DNA from: Xanthobacteraceae bacterium
GTDB lineage: Bacteria > Pseudomonadota > Alphaproteobacteria > Rhizobiales > Xanthobacteraceae
DNA: 64,000 bases
Direction of reading: 5' to 3'
Assembly (NCBI GenBank): GCA_045811525.1
Contig: JBJMTV010000010.1
Coordinates: 3,385-67,384, forward strand
Translations under genes and position numbers: made by a program
Shown: positions 19,812 through 29,060 of the stretch, one piece after another
How the letters are laid out: each line of letters starts with the position of its first letter
Numbering within the stretch: the first letter of the stretch is position 1
Notes under the pieces: generated by a model
What the model was told of the DNA's origin: nothing
What the model saw: the letters and a program-made list of their open reading frames with translations, nothing else
Database searches by the model: none

Positions 19812-20999
19812 ATGATGAGAGTCTATCATTTCACCGAGCAGCCCTATCCCGATGCCTGGACGGACCACAGCGGGTCGCTGCGCATCAATCTGCCCAATCG
19901 CAAATGCGATCCCAAAGTGGCGGCGGACCTGTTTCACCGCTACTACGACGAGTGGCTGCTCGCCGACGAGCTCGGCTACGACATAATGCTCAACGAGCAT
20001 CACCAGACCGCGACCTGCATGTCGTCGACGGTGGTCGTGGGACTTTCCGTCCTGGCACGGCAGAGCAAGCGAGCGCGCCTCCTCGTCCTCGGCTATCCCA
20101 TCGGCCACCGCCGCGATCCGTTACGCGTGGCCGAGGAGCTCGCAACGATCGACGTGATCTCGCGTGGGCGCCTGGACATGGGCTTCATCAAAGGGGTGCC
20201 CTACGAGTTTGCTGCTTCCAATCAAAACCCGGTCGGTGTGATGGACCGGTTCTGGGAGGCGCACGACTTCATCGTCAAGGCGATGACCAGCCACGATGCA
20301 CCATTCAATTGGGAGAGCGAGAACTTCCATTATCGGCACGTGAACATCTGGCCGCGACCATGGCAGCAGCCGCATCCCCCGATTTGGAGCACCACGGGCA
20401 GCAAGAGCAATGCCCGGGTGCTCGGCGAGCGCGGCTATGTCATGGCAACACTGGGCACGGGCTATAACACCCGACCCCTGTTCGACGTCTATCGTGAAGG
20501 CTACATGTCGAAGGGGCGCGGCGCACCGGCGGCAGACCGATTCGCCTATCTCGGCCTGGTCGCTGTGGCCGCGAACGAGCGCGCCGCGCGCGAACGCGGC
20601 GAGCAGGTGGCGAGCTATCCGCGCTCGAGCTCCATCGTGCATGTGCCGTTCCGCAACCCGCCGGGCTTTCTCTCGGTCGAGGACAATGCGCGCTTGATGC
20701 GCGGCGAGACGCCGCCGCGCAGCTATACGAAGGACCGTCGCGTGATCGATATGCGCAGCGCCAGCGTGCAAGAGCTGATCGACGCCGGCATCCTGTTCTG
20801 CGGCACGCCCGACCAGGTGTACGCGCAGATCGTCGACTTCTGCGAATATTGCGGCGGCATGGGCAACCTTTTGATGATGGGTCACGCCGGGCCGATGACG
20901 CATGCCGATACGGTCGACAATCTGACGCTGTTTGCGCGTGAGGTGATGCCGCGGCTGAAAGAGTATAAGCAGCCCACGGTGACAGCGAGCGCCGCCTGA
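19812..20999 (+). CDS. LLM-class flavin-dependent oxidoreductase
   Basis: 395 aa with a luciferase-like TIM-barrel pattern (MLNEHHQT, EELATIDVISRGRLDMGF). Confidence 0.85.
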   Translation: MMRVYHFTEQPYPDAWTDHSGSLRINLPNRKCDPKVAADLFHRYYDEWLLADELGYDIMLNEHHQTATCMSSTVVVGLSVLARQSKRARLLVLGYPIGHRRDPLRVAEELATIDVISRGRLDMGFIKGVPYEFAASNQNPVGVMDRFWEAHDFIVKAMTSHDAPFNWESENFHYRHVNIWPRPWQQPHPPIWSTTGSKSNARVLGERGYVMATLGTGYNTRPLFDVYREGYMSKGRGAPAADRFAYLGLVAVAANERAARERGEQVASYPRSSSIVHVPFRNPPGFLSVEDNARLMRGETPPRSYTKDRRVIDMRSASVQELIDAGILFCGTPDQVYAQIVDFCEYCGGMGNLLMMGHAGPMTHADTVDNLTLFAREVMPRLKEYKQPTVTASAA

Positions 21000-21130
21000 C
21001 CCCGGGAACGGCCGGAGTCGCGCTCACGCGGCAGCAATCACAATCAGGTCAGCCGATCGAGCGAAGCTCGCGCGGGGAGCGCCGGCATCGCATAGTGGGG
21101 CCGTCCCCGTGGACAGGCGCGGCGCCAACA

Positions 21131-21206
21131 TCGTGTGGCGGTTCAGAAGTCCGCATCATTCTTGCCGCACGTTCGTCATGCGGACTTCTGAACCAAAGCC
21201 ACACGA
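21131..21206. repeat. hairpin repeat family B, copy 1
   Basis: Perfect 17-bp stem GGTTCAGAAGTCCGCAT / ATGCGGACTTCTGAACC with a 21-nt loop containing TGCCGCAC. Outer 9-bp stem TCGTGTGGC / GCCACACGA. Confidence 0.85.
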
Positions 21207-21221
21207 CAGACCCATAGTGGG

Positions 21222-21296
21222 CTAGTGTCCTTCGATTCCGAAGTTCGCAAACTACGGTGCCGCACACTGATGCGAACTTCGGAATCGGGACACTAG
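21222..21296. repeat. hairpin repeat family B, copy 2
   Basis: 17-bp stem CGATTCCGAAGTTCGCA / TGCGAACTTCGGAATCG with a 22-nt loop containing TGCCGCAC. Outer 9-bp stem CTAGTGTCC / GGACACTAG. Confidence 0.85.
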
Positions 21297-21325
21297 GGAC
21301 GCCTGCAACGCCGGAGTGGCGCGAT

Positions 21326-23047
21326 TTGACCATCCTCAGCCGACGCACGCTGCTTTCTGGTGCCGCGACGCTCCTCGCGCCCTCGGCTGCGCGCGCGCAG
21401 CTCGATGCAACACCGGTCGCGAGCGCGCGCTCTATTCCGGTGCTCGCGCGCAATGGAATGGTCGTGGCGCAGGAGGGACGCGCTGTCGGCATCGGCGTCG
21501 ACGTCCTCCGACGTGGCGGCAATGCGGTGGACGCGGCGGTCGCCACCGGCTTTGCCCTCGCCGTGACCTATCCGCGCGCCGGCAACATCGGCGGCGGCGG
21601 CTACATGGTCATGCATCTTGCCGAGCGCAATCTGGCGACAGCCATCGACTACCGCGAGACGGCGCCGGCGGCGACCACGCGCGATGTGTTTCTCGACGAG
21701 CAGGGCAACGTCGACGCGATCAAAGCGCGCGACAGCGGTTTGGCCATTGGTGTGCCGGGGACGGTCGCCGGCTTGGCGCTGGCGCTCTCACGCTACGGGT
21801 CCGGCAGGTTCAGCTTGGGCGAGCTCCTCCAGCCGGCAATCAAGCTGGCGCGCGAGGGCATTCCCATTGAGGCGGACGTTGCGGACTCGCTGCCCGCAGC
21901 GGCCGGCCGTCTGGGTCGCTGGCCCTCGTCTGCCAAGATCTTCATGCGCGATGCTCGCCTGCTGCAACCCGGTGACATGTTGGTGCAGCCCGAGTTGGCT
22001 GAGACGCTGCGCGCGATTGCCGAGGTCGGGCCTTCCGCGTTCTACCAAGGAGACACCGCGGCAAAGATCGTTGCCAGCGTGCGCGCTGCCGGCGGCCTGA
22101 TGTCGCTCGAGGACCTGCGCACCTACCAGCCGATCGAGCGAGCGCCGGTGCGCGGCAGCTATCGCGGGTATGACATCCTGGCGATGCCGCCGTCCTCCTC
22201 CGGTGGAGTCATTCTCCTCGAGATGCTGAATATTCTCGAAGGCTTTTCCGATCTCGCGGACGACCCGGCGCTGCGCGTGCATCGCATGGCGGAAGCCATG
22301 AAGCTTGCCTACGCCGATCGCGCCATGTTTCTCGGCGATCCGGCAAGCGTTGCGGCGCCGCTCGCGCGTCTGCTGTCGAAAACCTATGCGCAGGAGTTGC
22401 GCTCGCGCATCGGCGAGCGCGCCTTGCCGGCGCGTGACATCGGTCCCGGCGCGACGCAGCCGCGCGAGGGGTTCAATACCACGCACTTTTCCGTGGTCGA
22501 CCGGTTCGGCAATGCGGTGGCCAACACCTACACGCTCAATTTCAGCTATGGCGTCGGCCTCGTGGCCGAGGGCACGGGCGTTCTCCTCAACAATGAGCTC
22601 GATGATTTCGCCGCCAAACCCGGCGTGCCGAATGCCTATGGCCTGACCGGCGGCGATGCCAATGCGCCGGGTCCCGGCAAGCGCCCTCTTTCCTCGATGT
22701 CGCCCACCATACTGCTCAAGAAGGGAAAGCCTTTCCTGGTCGTCGGCTCGCCAGGAGGAAGCCGTATTATCACAGCGGTGCTGCAGGTCATCCTCAATGT
22801 GATTGATCGGCGGCTGCCAGTTGCCGACGCCGTCACCGATCCGCGCATGCATCAGCAGTGGCTGCCCGATGAGGTGCTGGTCGAGCGCGAATTTTCACCC
22901 GAGCTCATTGTCGCCCTGCAGGCGCGCGGTCATAACGTGGCGCAGACGCTGCCACGCACCTCGGCCAATTCGATCATGGTCACTCCAGAGGGCCTGGTCG
23001 GCGCCGCCGACAACCGCACGCGCGGCGCCCTTGCCGCCGGCTATTGA
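21326..23047 (+). CDS. ggt: gamma-glutamyltransferase
   Basis: The Ntn-hydrolase autoprocessing site TTHFSVVD and the GGSRII motif are present. The track GTG 21257 lies inside the repeat loop, so in-frame TTG 21326 (LTILSRRTLLSGAATLLAPSAARA signal) is preferred. The start is uncertain. Confidence 0.85.
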   Translation: MTILSRRTLLSGAATLLAPSAARAQLDATPVASARSIPVLARNGMVVAQEGRAVGIGVDVLRRGGNAVDAAVATGFALAVTYPRAGNIGGGGYMVMHLAERNLATAIDYRETAPAATTRDVFLDEQGNVDAIKARDSGLAIGVPGTVAGLALALSRYGSGRFSLGELLQPAIKLAREGIPIEADVADSLPAAAGRLGRWPSSAKIFMRDARLLQPGDMLVQPELAETLRAIAEVGPSAFYQGDTAAKIVASVRAAGGLMSLEDLRTYQPIERAPVRGSYRGYDILAMPPSSSGGVILLEMLNILEGFSDLADDPALRVHRMAEAMKLAYADRAMFLGDPASVAAPLARLLSKTYAQELRSRIGERALPARDIGPGATQPREGFNTTHFSVVDRFGNAVANTYTLNFSYGVGLVAEGTGVLLNNELDDFAAKPGVPNAYGLTGGDANAPGPGKRPLSSMSPTILLKKGKPFLVVGSPGGSRIITAVLQVILNVIDRRLPVADAVTDPRMHQQWLPDEVLVEREFSPELIVALQARGHNVAQTLPRTSANSIMVTPEGLVGAADNRTRGALAAGY

Positions 23048-23126
23048 GGCTCGCCTTCTGCTGTGGCGCGAAGCTTGAGCCGGACGTCCCCGTGTCAGCA
23101 GGGCCGATCTATCCGCTTCGACAAAC

Positions 23127-24089
23127 TCACTTGAACGCACCGCTTTTCGCCAGGGCAGCCCATTTGGCGATGTCCTTCTGAAGAAACGCGGCGAGCTGCT
23201 CCGGCGACCCCCCGACTAGACGGAAGCCCAGCGTTGCGGCCTTCTCCTTCACGTCCGGGAGCATGAGGATGCGCTGCACATCGGCATTGATTTTGGCGAT
23301 GATGTCTCTGCGTACCCCTTTCGGCGCAAGCAACGCATACCAGGAGGATTCACCGAACTCGATCCCCTGCTCCTGAAAGGTTGGAACGTCCGGCACGGCG
23401 GCGGCACGCGTCGGCCCGGAAACGGCGAGCGCGCGCATCCGGCCCGCCTGAACGTTGCCGAGCGTGCCTCCGAGGGTGGGCATCCACACGGCAATCCGCC
23501 CGGCAACAAGGTCGGTGGTGAGCTGCGAGAAGCCGGTATACGGCACGTGCTGAAACTTGACCCCGGTCGCCTGGGCGAGCTGCTCGACCGAAAGATGCGA
23601 GCTCGTTCCAACGCCGAGCGACCCATAGCTGAGCTCGCCCGGATGCGCCCTGGCGTATTCGATGAGGGCGTGCACGTCGTGAAAAGGTAACGAGAGCGGG
23701 ATGACCAGCACGTCGGTCGCGGTGGCGGCAAGGATGATGGGCTCGAAGTCCCTTACCGGATCGAGGTTCTGGTAAGGCGCGATGGTGACGTTGACCGCGA
23801 GCGACTGCGCGCCGAAATGCAGGCTGTAGCCATCGGGCGGCGCCTGTGCCGCTGCCGCGGCGCCGAGATTGCCGCCGGCTCCCGCGCGGTTCTCAATGAC
23901 GACGTTCTGCCCCCACGCTTCACTGAGCTTCTGTCCCAGAATGCGTCCCAGCGTGTCGATGGTACCCCCCGCGGGGAACGCAATGATCATGCGCACGGGG
24001 CGGTCGGGATAGTTCTGCGCGGTGCTGATGCTCACCCAGGCGAGCAACGCTGCAAGCACACCCGCGCCTATCAACGTTCTCGATGCCAT
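23127..24089 (-). CDS. Bug-family tripartite tricarboxylate transporter substrate-binding protein (TctC-like)
   Basis: A signal peptide is followed by NYPDRPVRMIIAFPAGGTIDTLGR, the typical Bug-family N-terminus. Confidence 0.85.
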   Translation of the reverse strand: MASRTLIGAGVLAALLAWVSISTAQNYPDRPVRMIIAFPAGGTIDTLGRILGQKLSEAWGQNVVIENRAGAGGNLGAAAAAQAPPDGYSLHFGAQSLAVNVTIAPYQNLDPVRDFEPIILAATATDVLVIPLSLPFHDVHALIEYARAHPGELSYGSLGVGTSSHLSVEQLAQATGVKFQHVPYTGFSQLTTDLVAGRIAVWMPTLGGTLGNVQAGRMRALAVSGPTRAAAVPDVPTFQEQGIEFGESSWYALLAPKGVRRDIIAKINADVQRILMLPDVKEKAATLGFRLVGGSPEQLAAFLQKDIAKWAALAKSGAFK

Positions 24090-24302
24090 GTGCCGCTCCC
24101 GGCTGTGCACGGTTTGGATTGCACCGCAATTCTGCCGAACGTTCAACGTCCGCAATGGCTGCAATCGCAGAGTTGACGATGGCCGCTGCGGGCTCAGTCA
24201 GATTGGAGTGATTGTAAGGTCTGGCGCCTCGCTTGGGCTTTACAAAGGGCGCCCACCGTCTCATGTGAAAAACGACGGTCGGTGGGCGGCGCAGGAGCCC
24301 TC

Positions 24303-25151
24303 ATGGTTAGCGTGTTTGTGCAGTCGGCGACGATCCTCCTGCGGGAGGGCCTGGAAGCGCTCCTCGTGCTGGCGGCGCTCGCTGCTTATCTCACGAAGGC
24401 GGGGGCGCAGCAGCGCCTGACGGCGCTTTATGCCGGAGCGGCCGCAGCGGTGCTCGCGAGCATCGTTGCCGCGGCGGCATTCGCGATGTTCAACAACGGA
24501 ATGCATAACGACCTGCTCGAGGCGTTCATTATCCTGCTCGCCGCCGCGTTGATGCTCTATGTCAGCGGCTGGCTGCTGCTCCGGCAAGATCCCAAAGCCT
24601 GGCAGGGATTTCTGAAGACCAAGGCCGACGCGGCACTGCTGCGGCAAACCGGGCTCGCCGTGGCCACACTGGCGTTTCTCGCCGTGTTCAGGGAGGGTGC
24701 GGAGACGGTCCTGTTCATTCATGCGCTCGCCAGCACGGTGGGCGGTTACAGCCTCCCCCTTGTTGCCGGCCTGCTCGCCGCGAGCGCCGGTCTCGTCGCG
24801 CTGTTCGCCATCATCAACGTGATTGCCCAAAAGTTGCCGCTGCGCCCCTTGTTCATCGTAACGTCGGGCTTCTTGTTCGTGATGGCCATCAAGTTCATTG
24901 GCGAGGCCATTCAGGAATTCCAGGAGCAGCTGATCCTCCCCTATAACGTCTTGGCAAAAACCAGCTGGCTCACCACCATCGGCTTCAACCCGACGCTCGA
25001 AGCGATTGGGATGCAGCTTCTGGTGATTGTGCTGGCGCTCATAACATTCTTTCTGCTGGACCGGCGTGCGCGGCAGGCAGGGCAAGCTAACCCAGCAGAG
25101 GACAACGCGGCGGCGGACACGGCGGCCCGGCCGCGCGCAGCAGCGAGCTGA
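24303..25151 (+). CDS. FTR1-family iron permease
   Basis: REGLEALLV and REGAETVLF (REGLE-type) motifs in TM helices. The start is ATG 24303 or GTG 24282. Confidence 0.8.
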   Translation: MVSVFVQSATILLREGLEALLVLAALAAYLTKAGAQQRLTALYAGAAAAVLASIVAAAAFAMFNNGMHNDLLEAFIILLAAALMLYVSGWLLLRQDPKAWQGFLKTKADAALLRQTGLAVATLAFLAVFREGAETVLFIHALASTVGGYSLPLVAGLLAASAGLVALFAIINVIAQKLPLRPLFIVTSGFLFVMAIKFIGEAIQEFQEQLILPYNVLAKTSWLTTIGFNPTLEAIGMQLLVIVLALITFFLLDRRARQAGQANPAEDNAAADTAARPRAAAS

Positions 25152-25161
25152 CGGGCTCACG

Positions 25162-26052
25162 TCAGCCCAGCCGGCGGCGCAGGATGATGTTCAATTTCGT
25201 GCGTCGTGCGAGCGTATAGCCGCGCTCCTGCAGGAGCGACAAAAGATCGGTGCGCCACGACTGCGGGGCGTTCTCGATGATGATGAGCCGGGGCCAGAGC
25301 GTTTCCGGCGCAGCATGAAAGAACGGCACGAGGATAGCGTCCTCCGCGCCTTCAGCATCGATCTTGAGAGCATCGATCCCTGCAATCCGCTCTTCATCGA
25401 GCACGTCGAGCAGCGTGCGGCATTCGACGACCCCCGCGGCATCATCTCTTGAGTGGTCCGCATCTTGTGAGTGGCCCGGCCTCAAGGCTCGGGTGCGTGT
25501 ACCCCCACGATCACGCGAATTGACCTCCAGGGTGACGAGCTCGCGTTTGTCGCCCAGCGCCACCGGGATCACGCGGATCGGCACGTCGGGGTTGGCGGCG
25601 ATGTTGAAGCGCAATCGCCGCAGGTTTTCTGGCTCCGGCTCGATGGCGAGGATTTGCGCGGATGCCCCTGCATGAGAGGCCACCAAAAACGAGAACAACC
25701 CGACGTTCGCGCCGACATCGACGAAAACAAAAGTGCGCCCTGCTGCTCGGACTTCGTCAACTTGTTTGAACAATTCGGCTCGTTCCGGAGCCTCATACAT
25801 CTGCGGCGTGAACAGGGCATTCTTCTCGCATCCATTGCGCCGCGGGTGCAGCCGCATGCGCAGTCCCCAGCGCACGACATCAAGACCGTCGTCATCGGCT
25901 ATTCGCATGGTCACGATGCGCCGCAAGCCAATGGCGAGGCGCAATCCGAGCCAATTGTCGGGCAAGCGGCTCGTTGCGGCGATCACCGCGCTCTCGAGCC
26001 ATCCCGGCGTCTGCTGGCCATAAGCTTGCGTCATGCAGCGAGAAATAAGCAC
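25162..26052 (-). CDS. FkbM-family methyltransferase
   Basis: VDVGANVGLFS SAM-binding motif and an IDALKIDAEGAE motif. Confidence 0.8.
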   Translation of the reverse strand: MLISRCMTQAYGQQTPGWLESAVIAATSRLPDNWLGLRLAIGLRRIVTMRIADDDGLDVVRWGLRMRLHPRRNGCEKNALFTPQMYEAPERAELFKQVDEVRAAGRTFVFVDVGANVGLFSFLVASHAGASAQILAIEPEPENLRRLRFNIAANPDVPIRVIPVALGDKRELVTLEVNSRDRGGTRTRALRPGHSQDADHSRDDAAGVVECRTLLDVLDEERIAGIDALKIDAEGAEDAILVPFFHAAPETLWPRLIIIENAPQSWRTDLLSLLQERGYTLARRTKLNIILRRRLG

Positions 26053-26091
26053 GCCTTGGCGGGGCCGAACAGGCAGCAGGCATGAGGTCCC

Positions 26092-26202
26092 GTAGGGCGG
26101 GTAACTTCAGAGACCTGAGAGTAGGGCGGGTTAGGCGCGCTCTTGCGCCGTAACCCGCCGCGCGGGCCGATGGCGGATTACGCTGCCGCTAATCCGCCCT
26201 AC
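26092..26202. repeat. REP/BIME-like cluster, family C (GTAGGGCGG ... CCGCCCTAC)
   Basis: GTAGGGCGG occurs at 26092 and 26121. Hairpins GGCGGGTTA...TAACCCGCC (26125-26159) and GGCGGATTA-9 nt-TAATCCGCC (26172-26198) are followed by CTAC. Confidence 0.8.
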
Positions 26203-26246
26203 GCCGTCGTTCTGTTTTTCGCAATTCATAGCGCGAGGCGCGCGGG

Positions 26247-27110
26247 TTAGAAGCCGTGCAGGCGCGCCGGGTTGTCGGCCAGCACCTTGCGCCGGACAAC
26301 CGGATCGGGCGTGACGCGATAGAGAAACTCAAGAAGCTCGGTGTCGTTTGGCATCGGCTTGGTGTACATCACATGCGGCCAGTCGGTGCTCCAGATCGCC
26401 CGATCCGGCGCCACATCGATAAAGCTCCGCGCGATCGGCGCGACGTCATCCCAGATTGCGCTCTGCTCCGTCACGCGGTCAGGATTGGAGACCATCACCC
26501 ACCAGTTGTCGCGCTTAAGCATCGCACGCAGCAGCCGCATGGTCGGATGGTCAACCCCGCCTTTGACGTCGGGATGTCCCATGTGGTCGATCACCATCGG
26601 AATGTTCGGCTTGGCCAGAAGCGCCTCGAGCTCGGACCATTCCTCGCCGACCGCATGAACCCTGGCATGCCAGCCGAGCTCGCTGATGCGGGCGATGGAC
26701 CGCTCGAAGCTCGCGGCTGACGGCACGATCTTGAGCTGCTTCCAGAAATTGAAACGGGCGCCGCGAACACCCGCCTCGTGCATCTCGCGCAGCTCGCGGT
26801 CGCTGGTGTTGTCGTCCATGATCACGATGCCGCGATAGTTGGGGCGGCCTTTGAGTGCATCGATAACGACGCGGTTATCGCTGCCGTAGGCGGTGGCCTG
26901 CACGAACACGCCGCGTTCCAGTCCCAAGGCGCGATGCATGCGCTCGACCGCGTCGGCATTGGCTTCGGCATCCGGCACATAGGCGGCGCCGCTGCGGGTC
27001 GGATAACGGTCGATTGGGCCGAAGACGTGCGCCTGGCAGTCGCAGCTTCCCTTCGGCGGCGGCTCCACAGGCATGCGGGTGTCGCTGCGAAATTTGGCGA
27101 ACGCGCTCAT
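26247..27110 (-). CDS. amidohydrolase family protein (amidohydrolase_2 / LigI-like)
   Basis: 287 aa with a CDCQAHVF N-terminal metal-ligand motif and DHMGHP and WSTDWPH motifs. Confidence 0.8.
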   Translation of the reverse strand: MSAFAKFRSDTRMPVEPPPKGSCDCQAHVFGPIDRYPTRSGAAYVPDAEANADAVERMHRALGLERGVFVQATAYGSDNRVVIDALKGRPNYRGIVIMDDNTSDRELREMHEAGVRGARFNFWKQLKIVPSAASFERSIARISELGWHARVHAVGEEWSELEALLAKPNIPMVIDHMGHPDVKGGVDHPTMRLLRAMLKRDNWWVMVSNPDRVTEQSAIWDDVAPIARSFIDVAPDRAIWSTDWPHVMYTKPMPNDTELLEFLYRVTPDPVVRRKVLADNPARLHGF

Positions 27111-27122
27111 CTCTTTGCTCTC

Positions 27123-28187
27123 TTATTTCCAGTTGCGGGCGAGCTCGCGTACCTTGCCCTGATCGAACTTGTTGATGTCGTCGATGAGATCGTTGGTCAC
27201 CAGATCGCTCGCCTGGAGCGGACGCGCAATGACGCCTTCCTCCTGGAACATGTTGATGTAGGTCTGGATGCCGGCCATGTCGGCGAGGCCGTAACGCTTG
27301 TCGCTGTGCTTCTCGACGCTGTAGAGCGGCAGCAGCGCATTCATCTCGATCATGCCGCGTTTGAGGGCCTCCTCATCAGTGCCCGGAGGCTTGCCGGCCG
27401 GATTGGAGCTCCAATACATCCGCAACGCCGCTTCCGGATTTTCCAGCATGAAGACAGTGGCCTTGGCCATGGTGCGACCGAACTTCGTCAACGCTTCGCG
27501 CTTGTCGGCGAGCGTCTTGTCGGATGCGAAAAAGCCACCGCTGCCAATCTCGGCGACGGTCGGGTGATAGAGAAAGCGCAGATTCATGCCGGCCCGCATC
27601 ATGCTGGCATATGCCGCGGTCCACATCGAGAGCGCCTGTACCTGACCGCTGCGCAGCGCTGCCACTGCGCCGTCACCGAGACCGACCGGGCGGAAAATGT
27701 CCTCGATCGGCACGCCATTCTTGCGCAGCGCCGAGCGTGCAACGATCAAGGAGGCGCTCGCCATGTTGGAGACGCCGATCTTCTTGCCCTTGAGATCGGC
27801 GATGGAGTGGATCGAGCTCTCTGCCGGCACCGCGATGTGATAGATCAGCCGCGAGAATTGCGTATAGAACATCTTGCCGCGGATGCCCTTGTCGTAGCCT
27901 TCGATCGGCGGCTCCTGCGTGACCTGGCCCACGTCGGCGCCACCCGATGCGGTGATCTGCGTTGCTTGCGGCCCTCCCGTGCTGAACCGCACCTCGACCT
28001 CCAATCCCTCTTCTTTGGCAAAACCTGCCTTCTCCGAGATGAGGTTGAGGATGTTGCTCAGGTCGGGGGCCGGGAAACCCGCTTGTTGCACGAGCCGCGT
28101 TTGCGCCCATGCCGTATGGTCCGGCGTGATGCCCAGAGCGAGCAGCAGGCCGAGGCTGGCGAGTTTCCAATGCATGATCCTGCGCAT
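27123..28187 (-). CDS. ABC transporter substrate-binding protein (NMT1/NitT/TauT-like)
   Basis: Signal peptide MHWKLASLGLLLALGI. The periplasmic binding-protein pattern is followed by permease and ATPase genes of the same family. Confidence 0.8.
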   Translation of the reverse strand: MRRIMHWKLASLGLLLALGITPDHTAWAQTRLVQQAGFPAPDLSNILNLISEKAGFAKEEGLEVEVRFSTGGPQATQITASGGADVGQVTQEPPIEGYDKGIRGKMFYTQFSRLIYHIAVPAESSIHSIADLKGKKIGVSNMASASLIVARSALRKNGVPIEDIFRPVGLGDGAVAALRSGQVQALSMWTAAYASMMRAGMNLRFLYHPTVAEIGSGGFFASDKTLADKREALTKFGRTMAKATVFMLENPEAALRMYWSSNPAGKPPGTDEEALKRGMIEMNALLPLYSVEKHSDKRYGLADMAGIQTYINMFQEEGVIARPLQASDLVTNDLIDDINKFDQGKVRELARNWK

Positions 28188-28220
28188 GTGCGTCCTCCCG
28201 TGTTGCGCGGTCGCTTGCCG

Positions 28221-29060
28221 CTATGTGCCCTGCTCCGCCGCCGCCGCGCGATGCGACCAAAAGGCATATTTGTGGGCCGCGAAACGCAAGGCGGCATCGA
28301 GCACGATGCCGATCAGTGAGAGATAGAAGAGCACCGAGAATACGCCCGGCACGTCGATCGAGGCCTGCCGCTGGATGATCAGGCTGCCGAGTCCCTGTGA
28401 AGCGCCGATGAACTCGCCGACAATGGCGCCGATCACGGCAAAGATGATCGCGGTCTCGAGGCCGGCGAACAGATACGGCAACATGCTTGGCAATCGCACC
28501 TTCATGAATGTCTGCAGCTGACTTGCCTTCAGGGCGCGCATCAACAGCAGCATGCGCGGCTCGACCGTCTTCAACCCGGCCACCACGTTCACCAGGATCG
28601 GAAAGAATGCGATCAGCCCCGCCGTGAGCGCCTTCGACTGCATGCCGTAACCCACCCAAATGATCATCAGCGGCGCGACCGCGACCTTGGGTATCGTCTG
28701 CAGCGCGAGGATATACGGATAGACAATGCGCTCGAACCTCGGTGCGAGGCCGACCGCGCAGCCGAGCCCGATCCCGAGAATCGCCGCCAGGATAAAGCCC
28801 AGCAGCGTCTCCAAGACAGTCACTTGAACGTGGACGAAAATCAATCCGGTCACCGCATCGGTGATGATGCGTTCTATGATCTCGCTTGGCGTTGGCAGAA
28901 TGAACTGCGGCACATCGAACACCCGCAGGCAGCCTTCCCAAATGGCCAGGAACACAATCAGGCCGATCAGCGGGCCCAGCCGGTCGTGTAGAATTGCGGC
29001 GGACCGTCGTGGCGAGGATGCCGACACGACCTCGGACTCGCGCACAGTCGGCTCGCTCAT
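28221..29060 (-). CDS. ABC transporter permease
   Basis: Six hydrophobic helices and an EAA-like loop (MRALKASQLQTFMKVRLPSMLP). Confidence 0.85.
   Translation of the reverse strand: MSEPTVRESEVVSASSPRRSAAILHDRLGPLIGLIVFLAIWEGCLRVFDVPQFILPTPSEIIERIITDAVTGLIFVHVQVTVLETLLGFILAAILGIGLGCAVGLAPRFERIVYPYILALQTIPKVAVAPLMIIWVGYGMQSKALTAGLIAFFPILVNVVAGLKTVEPRMLLLMRALKASQLQTFMKVRLPSMLPYLFAGLETAIIFAVIGAIVGEFIGASQGLGSLIIQRQASIDVPGVFSVLFYLSLIGIVLDAALRFAAHKYAFWSHRAAAAEQGT

Noticed and set aside
21257-21325. GTG 21257 as the ggt start codon (ORF-track start).
   Set aside because: The codon lies in the loop of hairpin repeat copy 2, and the first 23 codons would be repeat-encoded. The downstream TTG 21326 directly precedes a plausible signal peptide.
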